Shown here piece after piece: positions 21,493-31,797 of a stretch of DNA of 64,000 nucleotides. The stretch covers positions 26,330 to 90,329 of IMG/VR virus record IMGVR_UViG_3300017780_003084, one strand, 5' to 3'. The stretch comes from a virus (Duplodnaviria > Caudoviricetes). The stretch's first letter is position 1. Each line of letters opens with the position of its first letter. The notes below the pieces were generated by a model that saw only the letters and a list, made by a program, of their open reading frames with translations, was not told the DNA's origin and did not search any database. The position numbers were made by a program, and so were the translations under genes.

Positions 21493-24400
21493 TTACTTTA
21501 CAAGCATAGCATCGTCAATAGCCTGACGTAGATTTGTTTTGTACTCATCACAATCATCAGAAACTTGTTGTGCATGGAACAAAGCTAGTGAGCCATGAAA
21601 TAATGGTTGCCTTACTTCAACACACTTTGACTCCAGCCAATCCATACGAAGTTTGTCTTTCATAAGATTATATGAACGTGGTTTCGAAGGTAGTTTTATA
21701 AATCCACGTGGGGTATTCTCGATTTCGTTGCTAATGTACTGAATGTTAGAATGCATTTCATCTTGTACTGGAGTAGTTAATGAATCTTCAACAATTGAAA
21801 TAATCTCCATAATTATAGCTACAGGGTCTGCATACTTAGTTTCTATGTAGTTACCATCATAGTCACACACATCTATAACAAACCCGCTATCTGAGTCGTG
21901 CATTGGAATAGTTGCAAGTACATATCTCAAAGCATTCTCAAGTTTGTCAATCTTATCCGCAGCGGCTCTTTCTAGTTGACTTAAATACTGACTACCAGCA
22001 TTTTCATCTTCATAGTCAGCATCATCCCGTAACTTATCTTGAATAGATTTATTCATACTCCCTCCTTCAACTCAAGCACAATTCCTGCTGCAGCATACGC
22101 ACTCCAAGTAGGATTATGTTCCACAAAATACTTCATTGACGTATAGTGCTCATTGAATGTCTCAACCTCCACACCAGCCTTCTTCAAGTATTTCCTCAGA
22201 ATCTTCACAGAAACACCCTCATCTCGTGAGGGCATTCTAATCTTCCACTTAGAAGCCAGTCCTTCCCAATATCCCATATCAAGATAGCTTGTCTTGTACA
22301 GATGCTTATTGACTTGAATGTCTATCTGCTTCTGCTTACGAGCTTCTTGTGCTTTAGCCAGAGCTTCTATTCGTTGCTCTGCCGTCATGTTGGTTATAAA
22401 TGTCATTCTATCCCCTCCCCTTCTGTATATGTGATTTTCTTAATTGCTACACACTGATAACCAAACTGCTGCTTTACAACTGCAGCTTCTAGCTCATCAA
22501 GAGAGTTATGAGCTTCTATCTGAATATTTCTATTATCTCCCCAATGCTTATAACGAAATATCTCCAACCACACAGTTTTCTCTTCTGGTTGTTCTATGAG
22601 GTCACGAGGACTGTCTCCAGATGCACTCATAGTTTCACTCCATTTACCATCTCTAGAGAAGTTACAGGCATACCCGTGAACTATTCCTATAACAGGGAAA
22701 TGCTCGTTGTCAGCATCAACACACAACACCCTAACATCTCTACCATCACGAGTTTTATATTTCTTATCCATTGATATTAAATTACTCATCTATTTCTCCT
22801 TAATCAAAACATAAACAACAATTCCCATAATAGGAATAAACATTAGCACAGGATATGCCAAGAATAAACAGAACACAATAGCCAGAATGACAAGATGCCA
22901 ATTCAGTAAGCCTAGGCATAACAGTGCGAGCAGTAGCCAAAACATATCACTCTCCCTTCATTTCTTGTATTGTAATATTCAAGTATTCCACATGCTTTGC
23001 TAAAGCAAGAATAGCTCCTTGGATATGCTTGTCTTTTTGCTCGTCACAAGCTAACGTATTAATAATAGCTTCGTTAGCGTCATTCTGAGCCTGTACAAAC
23101 TTATTCATACTGAACATGTATTCTGTGATTGTCTCTCGTAGGAGATTGATTTGAGCTTGCTGCTTGTCAATTGACTTATTCTGCCAATGGTTTGTAAAAA
23201 CTGTAATTAATACAATTATAACTACAGCTATTTGTATAATTTCTGTCATGTTATTTCTCTCCTTGTTTTACATTATTTAAAATACGATCTTTAGCTATGT
23301 TGAAGTTGTTTTCATTCATTATTTCTCTCCTACAAAGTTATTCAATTCCTTAATCTTAGTTTCCAATTCTTTTTGGTGATTCTCAATCTGAGCTTTCATA
23401 TTACCAACCTGCACCTTACGAACAGCTTTAATAATACTATCATCAACAGTGGCTCCCCATTTTAAAGCTGTTTCAATATAATGATAGTGCATATATTGAG
23501 GAGTTTTCTCGTAAATAGCTTTCACTTTGTCTGTGTAGTATTTAGCAAGCTCTTCTTCTGTCTTAATAAATATCACATCTCGGTTGCTACCACTACCATC
23601 ATAATACTGATTCATTTTATATGTCAAACTGCCATCACTCCTACCAAACAATGAAATGAGTTTGATTTCCATACTATAGCTGTCAGGAGACTTTAATTGC
23701 TCCATGAATAACTTGGGCTCATAAATACCAAAGTCGCTAGCTTCAACAATGTACTTGATATTACCAGCCATAACATCACACAACAACTCGAAAGCTCCTA
23801 CATCTATTTGTGTAGATAATGTATCGTACAATCGCTTTGTAGATTTGAAAGCTTTCTCATAGGCTTCACGTTCATGTTTTAGTTTACCAATAGAGTTTTG
23901 AATTTCATCTTGTTTTTGTTTCAGAGATTTTAAGCTTTCTTCCAGTTTCTTCTCTTCTTTGCTCTTCCATGTTTCTACATGGAAGTCGTGCAAACTCTTT
24001 GTGACAAATCGTTCACCACTAGGAAGTTCATCTCCTGTAGAGCTAACAAATACTTCTTGCACAATCCATTCTGTATTATTGAGTTGTCCTACAACAACCA
24101 CTTTTCGTCCATCTGATAAAAACTTTTGTTCCATATTATTCTCCTTTAAACTTCTTAATAAATTTATTAATTTTATACATAAATGTCTCCTTATTACGCT
24201 CTGGAGTTATTGTCTCATATTGCCACTTTCCATTAACCTTCTTTGTAGCTACTTGTAAAACCATATTATCCGTCTTAGACGTATAGACAGCCTTACGAGC
24301 TGTTGTATGGAACATGAAGAGTCCTCCATCCTTCTTTAAATTCGTCATAAACGGAGGAGCACTGCTGAGTTCTTCTCCTGTGTCACGGTCTATGAAGCGG

Positions 24401-24736
24401 TAACGAATGTTATAGTTTGCCATGTTATTCCTCCTCCAATGCTAAAGCTAACGGAGCTAATACTTCTTTAGCCCACTGTTTTCGTGTCATTCTTTGTGAG
24501 TAAAATGTTGTGTTACCAAATGTGTTAATCTCTTCATCAAAGCAGTCTAAGTTGTCTTCAATGTTTTGTTGGATAACCTCTGTCAACACATTGTAGTCAT
24601 TCTCATTGTACTTCGTGTTGTGCAAATCTCGCACAAGATACATCCCACAGATATAGCCAATGCGGTTGCATAAATACTTGTCATCTGTATTTAAGGTTAC
24701 AGCTTCCATCAATAAATCTACGTGTCGTTGTGACAT
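21493..24736 (-). other. Hypothetical ORFs (21493-22056, 22053-22406, 22403-22789, 22947-23249, 23319-24134, 24136-24423, 24425-24736)
   Basis: Co-oriented with AGGAG SDs; no confident function. Confidence 0.7.
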
Positions 24737-24811
24737 TTATTTCTCCTTTATGTTTTAAGAAAGCTCATAATATTGGCTACCAGCCATCATTGAGCTGACA
24801 TGAGGATAGTA

Positions 24812-26002
24812 TTAGAGATTGGGAGGGATGTCAAGAGAAATTTCTTTCAACCCTGCACATAATTCCAGCACTTCCTCTTTCCTGTCAATGCTAATACTCT
24901 CTCGTCTGAAGCCTTCGCAGGAGATTAAGCCAGTTTTGTGTAGAGCTTTGATAGAATTCTCCACTGATATCACTTTATTACCAGACCCTTCGAAGATTCT
25001 TGTTGAGAGGATTTTGTAGCCTAGCTCTTTTAAGTTCTTACGATGAGTTGTAAGTCTGTTGTCTAGTTTGTTTGTGATGCCATATCCTAGGATTGCTCCA
25101 AAGTCTGTTTGGATTTCTAGGAGGTATAGTGAGCCTAGTTTGGTTTTGTCATAGCCTGTTATTGGAGGGTTGCATTCTATACATTCGTAGCCTATCGCAG
25201 ATGTACTATCATGTACGCGAGAGTATAACCCATGTATCTTACAAACAAAAGTAGGGAACCAGTAGTTACCTTTCTTTACTGCACCAATAACAGATACATT
25301 CTCATTATTACCATCTGAAACCCTTCTTTTAGCCATTTCCGATATATAATCCCCAGATAACTTCTTCTTGGCAGAACAATAGCAAGGTATCTTACCTTTA
25401 TCAAGATTGTTCAAGGTACTTTCAAACAAACTCTCAAGTCCTTTGGATTCGCAAATCTTACAATGAAATCCGCACCAAACACTACTGCCGAATTTCTTGC
25501 CAGTATCCCATACTGCGTAAGATGGATTGTTCATGTTGTATTTAGATAGAGTTTCACTGGCAGAATGAGGAATTCCTAAGTTCCCATCTCCAGCAAAGAA
25601 ACTGTTGATCGAATTTATAGTGAATTTTATTCCCATCCTATTGCAGAAAAGATTTACTTCAGTATTACTTGGTTTTCCTGAAATTACTCCAAACCCTAAA
25701 AATTTAATTGGGAGGTTTTCGGAAACAATTTTACGATCAATCTTGATTTTATACTGCAACAAGGAAATTCTGGGATTTTTGGCACAACCACATGGAATAC
25801 TTCCTTTTCTTAAAGCAGTATAAACTTGCTCAAATACTGCATCACCATATAACTCAGGGTCTTTTGCACAAACCAGACATTTGACTTTTACATAACCGCC
25901 TTTAGCACGGCTAACAACTACAAGATTACCTTCATTAAATGTTTCTCCAACTCTACTTTTATTATATTCCCTCATCTCCATCCCATTTGTTATCTCTTTC
26001 AC
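24812..26002 (-). CDS. Free-standing homing endonuclease-like protein (Zn-ribbon repeats plus C-terminal GIY-YIG-like domain)
   Basis: Repeated CxxC...PCxC modules, CKIHG...CIEC, C-terminal LYLL...YGIT...RLxxH; start nested 41 nt inside the upstream gene. Confidence 0.65.
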   Translation of the reverse strand: MKEITNGMEMREYNKSRVGETFNEGNLVVVSRAKGGYVKVKCLVCAKDPELYGDAVFEQVYTALRKGSIPCGCAKNPRISLLQYKIKIDRKIVSENLPIKFLGFGVISGKPSNTEVNLFCNRMGIKFTINSINSFFAGDGNLGIPHSASETLSKYNMNNPSYAVWDTGKKFGSSVWCGFHCKICESKGLESLFESTLNNLDKGKIPCYCSAKKKLSGDYISEMAKRRVSDGNNENVSVIGAVKKGNYWFPTFVCKIHGLYSRVHDSTSAIGYECIECNPPITGYDKTKLGSLYLLEIQTDFGAILGYGITNKLDNRLTTHRKNLKELGYKILSTRIFEGSGNKVISVENSIKALHKTGLISCEGFRRESISIDRKEEVLELCAGLKEISLDIPPNL

Positions 26003-26777
26003 AATCTATATAGAAAGAAGCTTCATCAAAATAATTAAATAAATCCTCATCTACCTCTTTATCCACAGTATTTGAAGCCCAAACAAGAATATCAGGCTCA
26101 ACAACATATACTTTTTCCTCTATAGAAGAATTAGTATATATGCCTACTTTTTCATCACTATACTTTTCTACGCAAGTATATATATGGGATATAATAGCGT
26201 TACGGTTCTCAAACTCACTAACTAAGTTCTCAACCATGTTGATTGTTGATTGTGCATCTGTACCATTACCTAACTTACTGCCTGCATACGTTAATGAAAC
26301 AATAGCCCATCTCACACTGTTAGCGTAAGAAGAATCAAGATTAAATAAATCAATATAATTACTGACCTCATCCTCAATCCTGTCACTAATTAACTTTGTT
26401 GACTGCATTAATTCAGTAAATGATTGTTGTGCTTTGTGTGGCTGTAGCCAGTATGGGCGTACAAGACAGTCTTTGTGTTCACGTAGTTTTGTTTTGATAC
26501 GATTAAATATCTTATCTTCTTTTGTTTTGTCTTCCTTAGTGAATGTGTTTGTGTGCAAGGTTCTAATGATGTGTCGGACTTCAATATTTGTGATTCCTTC
26601 TTTGCTTCTTGCTTTATTCATTGTTTGTGCAAGAATTTCATCATCTGTTTTGTGTTTCTTCACTGTCTTGAGGTTTGTTTTGCACCATATTTCACTACAC
26701 CCTAGTGTTTGTGCAATCTCTTTGTATGTGCAACCTTCTTCCCTTAATTTTTGTGCTTGTTTGGTATCAACCTTCAT
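25962..26777 (-). CDS. N-terminal HTH DNA-binding protein
   Basis: LREEGCTYKEIAQTLGCSEIWC helix-turn-helix; own promoter TTGACT-17 bp-TACAAT near 26820-26850. Confidence 0.6.
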   Translation of the reverse strand: MKVDTKQAQKLREEGCTYKEIAQTLGCSEIWCKTNLKTVKKHKTDDEILAQTMNKARSKEGITNIEVRHIIRTLHTNTFTKEDKTKEDKIFNRIKTKLREHKDCLVRPYWLQPHKAQQSFTELMQSTKLISDRIEDEVSNYIDLFNLDSSYANSVRWAIVSLTYAGSKLGNGTDAQSTINMVENLVSEFENRNAIISHIYTCVEKYSDEKVGIYTNSSIEEKVYVVEPDILVWASNTVDKEVDEDLFNYFDEASFYIDCERDNKWDGDEGI

Positions 26778-26909
26778 TTATACTAATCCTTTCATATACT
26801 AAGTATATTTCTTAAAAGTATATTGTAGCACCCACTCTGCTTGAAGTCAACAATTATTTGTGTACATAGAATAAAACCCCATACCAATTAAGGCACAGGG
26901 TTTGTTAAT

Positions 26910-27005
26910 TTAAGCCTTCTCAACCCTCTCCCTAGCAACCTTAAAATACTTCTCATCAAGCTCAATTCCTATGAAGCTTCTGTTAGTGTTTTTACAAGCT
27001 ACTCC
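26910..27005 (-). pseudogene. Orphan second C-terminus of a DNA methyltransferase
   Basis: No start codon; reads GVACKNTNRSFIGIELDEKYFKVARERVEKA*, homologous to the C-terminus of the upstream MTase. Confidence 0.8.
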
Positions 27006-27754
27006 TTTATAATCAACTCAACATCTAAGTTATTCGTTGTAATACACTCCTTAACTCTACTACAACCTATTTTGAAATATTCTTTATCTAGCTCAATACC
27101 AATTGCATTTCTTTTAGTATTCATGGCTGCTACAATAGTTGTTGAACTACCCATAGTAAAGTCCAACACTGTATCTCCTTCATTACTGTAAGTCTTGATT
27201 AAGTATTCCATTAGAGCAACAGGCTTTTGTGTTGGGTGCATTCCTCTCTCGCAATCAAAACGTTGTACTGTCCTTGGATACCGAGTTGTGTCTCCTCCAA
27301 CGTAGTTTCTGACATTATCCCCGTTGTATATAGAACCTTGGGAAGCCCCTCTAGCAGAGTTTGTAGGAGAGTGCCCTTCTGTCTTCTGTGGATTGTACCA
27401 AATTCCAGAGGGCATAAACACAACTACATCTTCATGCGCTGTAAGAGGTCTTTTCTTAGCATTAGGAAAGTTTGTAGCTCGATTTTTCTCCCATACCCAA
27501 CAATACTTAAACCAAGGAAGATTACTAGAAATTAATGTAGTTGTAAATGGTTGAGAAGCTGTCAGGACAATAGCTCCATTAGACTTAATAATGCGCTTCA
27601 ACTGCTCCCACATAGGTTCTAGTGGAATTATTGAATCCCATTTACAAGCTGTTGTCCCGTAAGGAGGGTCTGTAACAATCAAATCAATACTCCCATCAGG
27701 AATACCCTTCATAACTTCTAAACAATCTCCATTGTACAATTCTATTTTACTCAT
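26999..27754 (-). CDS. DNA methyltransferase (N6-adenine/N4-cytosine, class beta)
   Basis: LYNGDCLE, catalytic DPPYG, HPTQKP, VLDFTMGSSTT, GIELD. Confidence 0.92.
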   Translation of the reverse strand: MSKIELYNGDCLEVMKGIPDGSIDLIVTDPPYGTTACKWDSIIPLEPMWEQLKRIIKSNGAIVLTASQPFTTTLISSNLPWFKYCWVWEKNRATNFPNAKKRPLTAHEDVVVFMPSGIWYNPQKTEGHSPTNSARGASQGSIYNGDNVRNYVGGDTTRYPRTVQRFDCERGMHPTQKPVALMEYLIKTYSNEGDTVLDFTMGSSTTIVAAMNTKRNAIGIELDKEYFKIGCSRVKECITTNNLDVELIIKE

Positions 27755-28165
27755 TGTTCACTCCACTCCATCTTCAATATCCACTTACCATTTCCAGCTC
27801 GTTTATACTCAGTCCAGACATTTTCTGCAATTAGCAAACTAATGACATCATCTAATGTATAAGGTTGCTCACAAGTAACAGTTCTGATAAGTGAGCTGTG
27901 GAATAAGTTACGTGCCATAGCAATTTCATGTAATAGGTTTGCTACAATAATTTCTGACTCTGGTTTCAATATGCTCTCCTTAACGTAAAATATCAACAGA
28001 TGTATAATTTAATTGGGTATTCACAACAACAGAGTATTTGATATTATCAGAAATATCTAAACGTACTCCGTATTCGTTATCCAACCCAAGTACAGCATCT
28101 TCCAAACCTTCGGAAACTAATTTATCAACCAAACTCTTTAAATCACCAATTGTAGCAAACTTCAT
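27751..28165 (-). other. Two hypothetical ORFs (27751-27996, 27980-28165)
   Basis: Co-oriented and overlapping; 27980-28165 is a paralog of 29688-29873. Confidence 0.65.
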
Positions 28166-28617
28166 TCCACCCCTCCTTTCAAAGATTTTCGTTTCTGCAT
28201 AATAAGCACACCTAGAGTATTCTTACCTTTTCCTGTCTTCAAGCAAACTCCCCAAAACTTGTCATTCCACATATTGCCTTCTTGAATAAGTATATCTCCA
28301 GTAGCTAATAATTTAGCTTTAAAGAATGGTTGGTTAAACTTTTGATCTATGCATTCTCTCATAATATCAACTTTGATGTCTTCCCAGTTATCTACCAACG
28401 TGATGTTTCTACTAGCTTTCTTTACCTGCCCTGCAGAGAACGTATCTTCACAAAAGTTTTTCCATCCTTCATCATCACTCTTAGCAGACATATACGCATG
28501 TTCTACGGAGTGAAACACTCTATCTTGTAACTTAATACTAACCTCTGTGAAGTTACTAAGCCAGCGGAATTCACCTTGAAATTCTTTAATCATAAATTTT
28601 ACCTCCTTCAATAACAC
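28162..28617 (-). CDS. NADAR (YbiA-like) family protein
   Basis: WLSNF, SVEHAYM, KFNQ...LLATGD, EGNMWNDKFWG, GKNTLGVLIM. Confidence 0.9.
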   Translation of the reverse strand: MLLKEVKFMIKEFQGEFRWLSNFTEVSIKLQDRVFHSVEHAYMSAKSDDEGWKNFCEDTFSAGQVKKASRNITLVDNWEDIKVDIMRECIDQKFNQPFFKAKLLATGDILIQEGNMWNDKFWGVCLKTGKGKNTLGVLIMQKRKSLKGGVE

Positions 28618-28895
28618 CTAATACACAAGTCGATTTCCACTGTTCCTTAGCATACGCTAATGTGTCATCAATATTCTTAATAGCCTCTGGAGATTCGTCT
28701 AGTAATTTACCTAGTGTTCCATCCGGCTTTCGATAGTAGTAATAAACCAATTCCATTTATTTCTCCTTAAGTTATTGTCACATCGACAGGCAACACTCTA
28801 CACAACAAAATTATCCTTGTCAAGATAATTCTCCATAAAATAAAAGCCCTCGCACATTTCTGTGAAAGGGCTTCAACTTCGTTAGAAGTTATTTC

Positions 28896-29420
28896 TTATT
28901 GTTTACAAATAGTGGCAGACAAGCTATCTCTGGTATAACGAGTAATATCACATTCTTTATACCCTACAGTATTCTTACTGTCATCCTTTAACACAACCCT
29001 CTGTGTATCAACCACTACTGTCTGTTTACTGTTGATAACATTTCTACCTACAGAGAATAAGTCAATTAGTTTATCTGTTGCTATAAAGCTACTTGACATA
29101 GCTTCATGGTCATACCAACCAAAGTCTCTAGGTGCTATGTTATTGATGACATATCCTTCAGCTTCTAAATACTCTAGAGCTTTGATTATCCCCCTGTTTG
29201 TTATTCCTTTAGGATTATATTGCTTTGGTAACATAGCTTCTGCTGTATCTCTATTGTAGAATATATTCTTTCCTTTATGAGCTAGTACATTAACGACAAT
29301 AACACCTATCTCTTGCTTATATCTACAATTCATATACCTTACTTTGCTACTAACTCCTCTAGGTACTTTAACACTGAGAGAGATGAATACACCACTCATG
29401 TCTATTACATCTATATCCAT
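28896..29420 (-). CDS. Hypothetical protein resembling the N-terminal part of a longer phage/MGE polymerase-like family; possibly truncated
   Basis: YNPKGIT...IKALEYLEAEGYV...SSSFIATDKL...VVLKD pattern; ends just before a terminator. Start at ATG 29420 after AGGAG. Confidence 0.4.
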   Translation of the reverse strand: MDIDVIDMSGVFISLSVKVPRGVSSKVRYMNCRYKQEIGVIVVNVLAHKGKNIFYNRDTAEAMLPKQYNPKGITNRGIIKALEYLEAEGYVINNIAPRDFGWYDHEAMSSSFIATDKLIDLFSVGRNVINSKQTVVVDTQRVVLKDDSKNTVGYKECDITRYTRDSLSATICKQ

Positions 29421-29687
29421 ATCTAATCTCCTTATCCTATTCAATGACACCCCTTATAGTTCCTTATTAGATACTACCCCTATAATAAGCAGAAATTGCA
29501 GTGCAAATGCCTTGAAAGCCTTTACCAGTATAGCTTTCAGCGATATTCTACATAATTTATTTCCAGTGTTTAGGCCGAAACACACTCTCTTAAAACTCCC
29601 AATACACCCATTCTACAACACACTCCCAAGATTTGTCAAGTACAAATAACAAATCCCTCGTATTTCTACAAGGGCTTTTCCTACTAC

Positions 29688-30159
29688 TCAAGGTTGGATG
29701 TCAATATATGTAACACCATGTTCGCTATGAAAAACATCGTATTTAACCATTCCGTCCTCACTTAAGTAAATTTGGTACTCATCGTTGCAGCCAATCAAAG
29801 CGTCACAGTACCCCTCCTCGACAAGTTTATCAACTAATTTCTTCAAATCCCTTAGAGTTGCTTCTTTACACATACTTTACTCCTTTATTTAACTTAAACA
29901 ACTGTTTCAACTTATGCCACTAACTAAACGTCTCTTTCTTCTCAACCTTCCGAAACACCCACTCTCCATTGTGCTTGTGAGTTGCCAGTTCAACATGCAG
30001 TCCATTAAACTTAGTTCCAAATGTCATTTTACGACCTCTGACACTCCACACAACAATTTCACCCTTCTTAGAAACCAGTGTCATGTGATCGTCTGAGCTA
30101 CTTACCACTTCCCCTGTGAGTGAGTTCACAACTCTGTATTTGAATCCTGCATTAGTCAT
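29688..30159 (-). other. Two hypothetical ORFs (29688-29873, 29920-30159)
   Basis: Co-oriented with SD sites, downstream of a TTGACA promoter near 30200-30228. Confidence 0.65.
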
Positions 30160-30255
30160 ATACGCTCCATAAATGTGTTTGTCGAATCGACAGAACGAAT
30201 ATTAAAGGAATCGAAGATAAATGTCAACACAACCCTCTAAGATATTTGAAATCTA

Positions 30256-30284
30256 TTGACAAAACCTCAATAATATGTTATAAT
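30256..30284 (+). promoter_or_regulatory. sigma70-type promoter
   Basis: Perfect TTGACA-17 bp-TATAAT. Confidence 0.9.
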
Positions 30285-30310
30285 AGACATCTTTAAAAAG
30301 GAAAAATAAA

Positions 30311-30976
30311 ATGGACTTGCAGACACAATCAGTTTGGGGCTTAAACAACCAAGAAGAAATTGTAGTAAAGTTGGGCACTGGTGGAGACTCTGTTGTTGGA
30401 GTCCTTCCTACTAATCAGATACCTGTTGATGCAGATGGTAAACTCGTGCTAAGAATACCAGAACTGGACTCAATAGGTTCTAGCCCTCTCAGTACAGGGT
30501 TCTTCGACTATAACGACAGTGCTACAGCCATAACACCTATTAGTGTGTTGGCGAATACATGGACTAAACTAACTAACAATGGTTTGGGAGCATTTACTAA
30601 CAAGACGTATAAACCCGCTGGTGTGGCTGAAGTATGGAATACTACAACGAATAGGTTCGAGTGGGGAGACTTGGTACTTGGTGACACGTTAGATATTAGG
30701 GCTGATATTGATATAATTACATCTGTTCCAAACCAAATAGTTAATTTGGCGGTATTCAATGCAGTGGGAACTGCAGGAGAGTATGAAATTGACCTAATGC
30801 CTGAGACAACCTATAAAACTGTGGGTATTAAGAAGATCATTACATATATTGGTATCTATATGGGTGATACCAATACGTTGAACAACCCTTCAGAGATACG
30901 GATTAGGAGTGACGCAGCTTGCTCAGTTAAAGTCAATGGGTGGTATGTGAGGTTGTTATTAGTGGGACAGCACTAA
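30311..30976 (+). CDS. Stand-alone beta-rich hypothetical protein, possibly virion-associated
   Basis: Thr/Gly/Asn-rich beta-strand composition; own promoter and terminator; orientation opposite to its neighbours. Confidence 0.6.
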   Translation: MDLQTQSVWGLNNQEEIVVKLGTGGDSVVGVLPTNQIPVDADGKLVLRIPELDSIGSSPLSTGFFDYNDSATAITPISVLANTWTKLTNNGLGAFTNKTYKPAGVAEVWNTTTNRFEWGDLVLGDTLDIRADIDIITSVPNQIVNLAVFNAVGTAGEYEIDLMPETTYKTVGIKKIITYIGIYMGDTNTLNNPSEIRIRSDAACSVKVNGWYVRLLLVGQH

Positions 30977-30980
30977 AAGA

Positions 30981-31015
30981 AAAGCCCCTTCCTTGCGGTT
31001 GGGGCTTTGTTGTTT
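30981..31015. terminator. Bidirectional terminator between convergent genes
   Basis: AAAGCCCC...GGGGCTTT with A-tract before and T-rich tail after. Confidence 0.8.
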
Positions 31016-31038
31016 ACACTTCAGGTGGTGATAAGTAA

Positions 31039-31788
31039 TCAATCATAAGCTGTTTCTAAGTCTTTAAAAGCCCTAGTAGCAGGGTCGTACTGCGGTGTAA
31101 GTACTTCCCCATCAACTTTCTTCTTACGTGGCTTAGATGGCTTTTTAAGCGCCTTCTGAGCGGCTTTCTCGAGCTTTTCTACTTGCTCCTTATACCAAGC
31201 ATTGCGTTGCTCAGAACGTTCCATCCAGCCTTGAGCATCCAACCAGATATTCTTTCCTAGCATCATTTCATCAAACTCTTGATCTGACAAGAATCCTGAA
31301 TAGATTTCCTTGTAATATTCGTACAAGAACTTCTTGTCAAAATCACTCTTAGCATGGTACTCATTTAAGTTACCAAAACTACCACTAGAACCGTTATGGA
31401 TCAAGCTGTTAAAGTTACGAGACAGTTCAAAACTATCTGCTTGTAATAATATGTGTGTTCCTGCTGAATGCACTCCTCCAGAGGCTACGATGTGTATTGG
31501 ACAAGCACATTTCTCCATAGCGTGAATGAACCCACCTGACACATCAACGTTACCACCACAACTTTGCAAACTAATAACTACTTGGTCTTCTTCTTCAGCA
31601 GCTTCAAGAGCTTCAATACCCATTGTCACTTGCTCCATACTAATAACAGGAGCGTGGAAGTTAATCTTGAACACCCCTGTTTTATTTGGGGTGTAGGACA
31701 CAGTGATACGGTTATTGTCTTGGTATTCTTCTGAAAAGTTATTACGAGCTTGTAGTTTGTTGATATTTTCTTTGTAATTTGGTTTCAT
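31039..31788 (-). CDS. ClpP-like (crotonase-fold) protease
   Basis: LQSCGGNV, catalytic HSAG and LIHNG, NIWLDA. Confidence 0.8.
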   Translation of the reverse strand: MKPNYKENINKLQARNNFSEEYQDNNRITVSYTPNKTGVFKINFHAPVISMEQVTMGIEALEAAEEEDQVVISLQSCGGNVDVSGGFIHAMEKCACPIHIVASGGVHSAGTHILLQADSFELSRNFNSLIHNGSSGSFGNLNEYHAKSDFDKKFLYEYYKEIYSGFLSDQEFDEMMLGKNIWLDAQGWMERSEQRNAWYKEQVEKLEKAAQKALKKPSKPRKKKVDGEVLTPQYDPATRAFKDLETAYD

Positions 31789-31797
31789 GTGTTCTCC

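Noticed and set aside
22053-22406. N-terminal MTAEQRIEALAKAQEARK resembling actinobacterial mIHF
   Set aside because: Similarity is limited to one charged helix; the rest lacks the H2TH domain.
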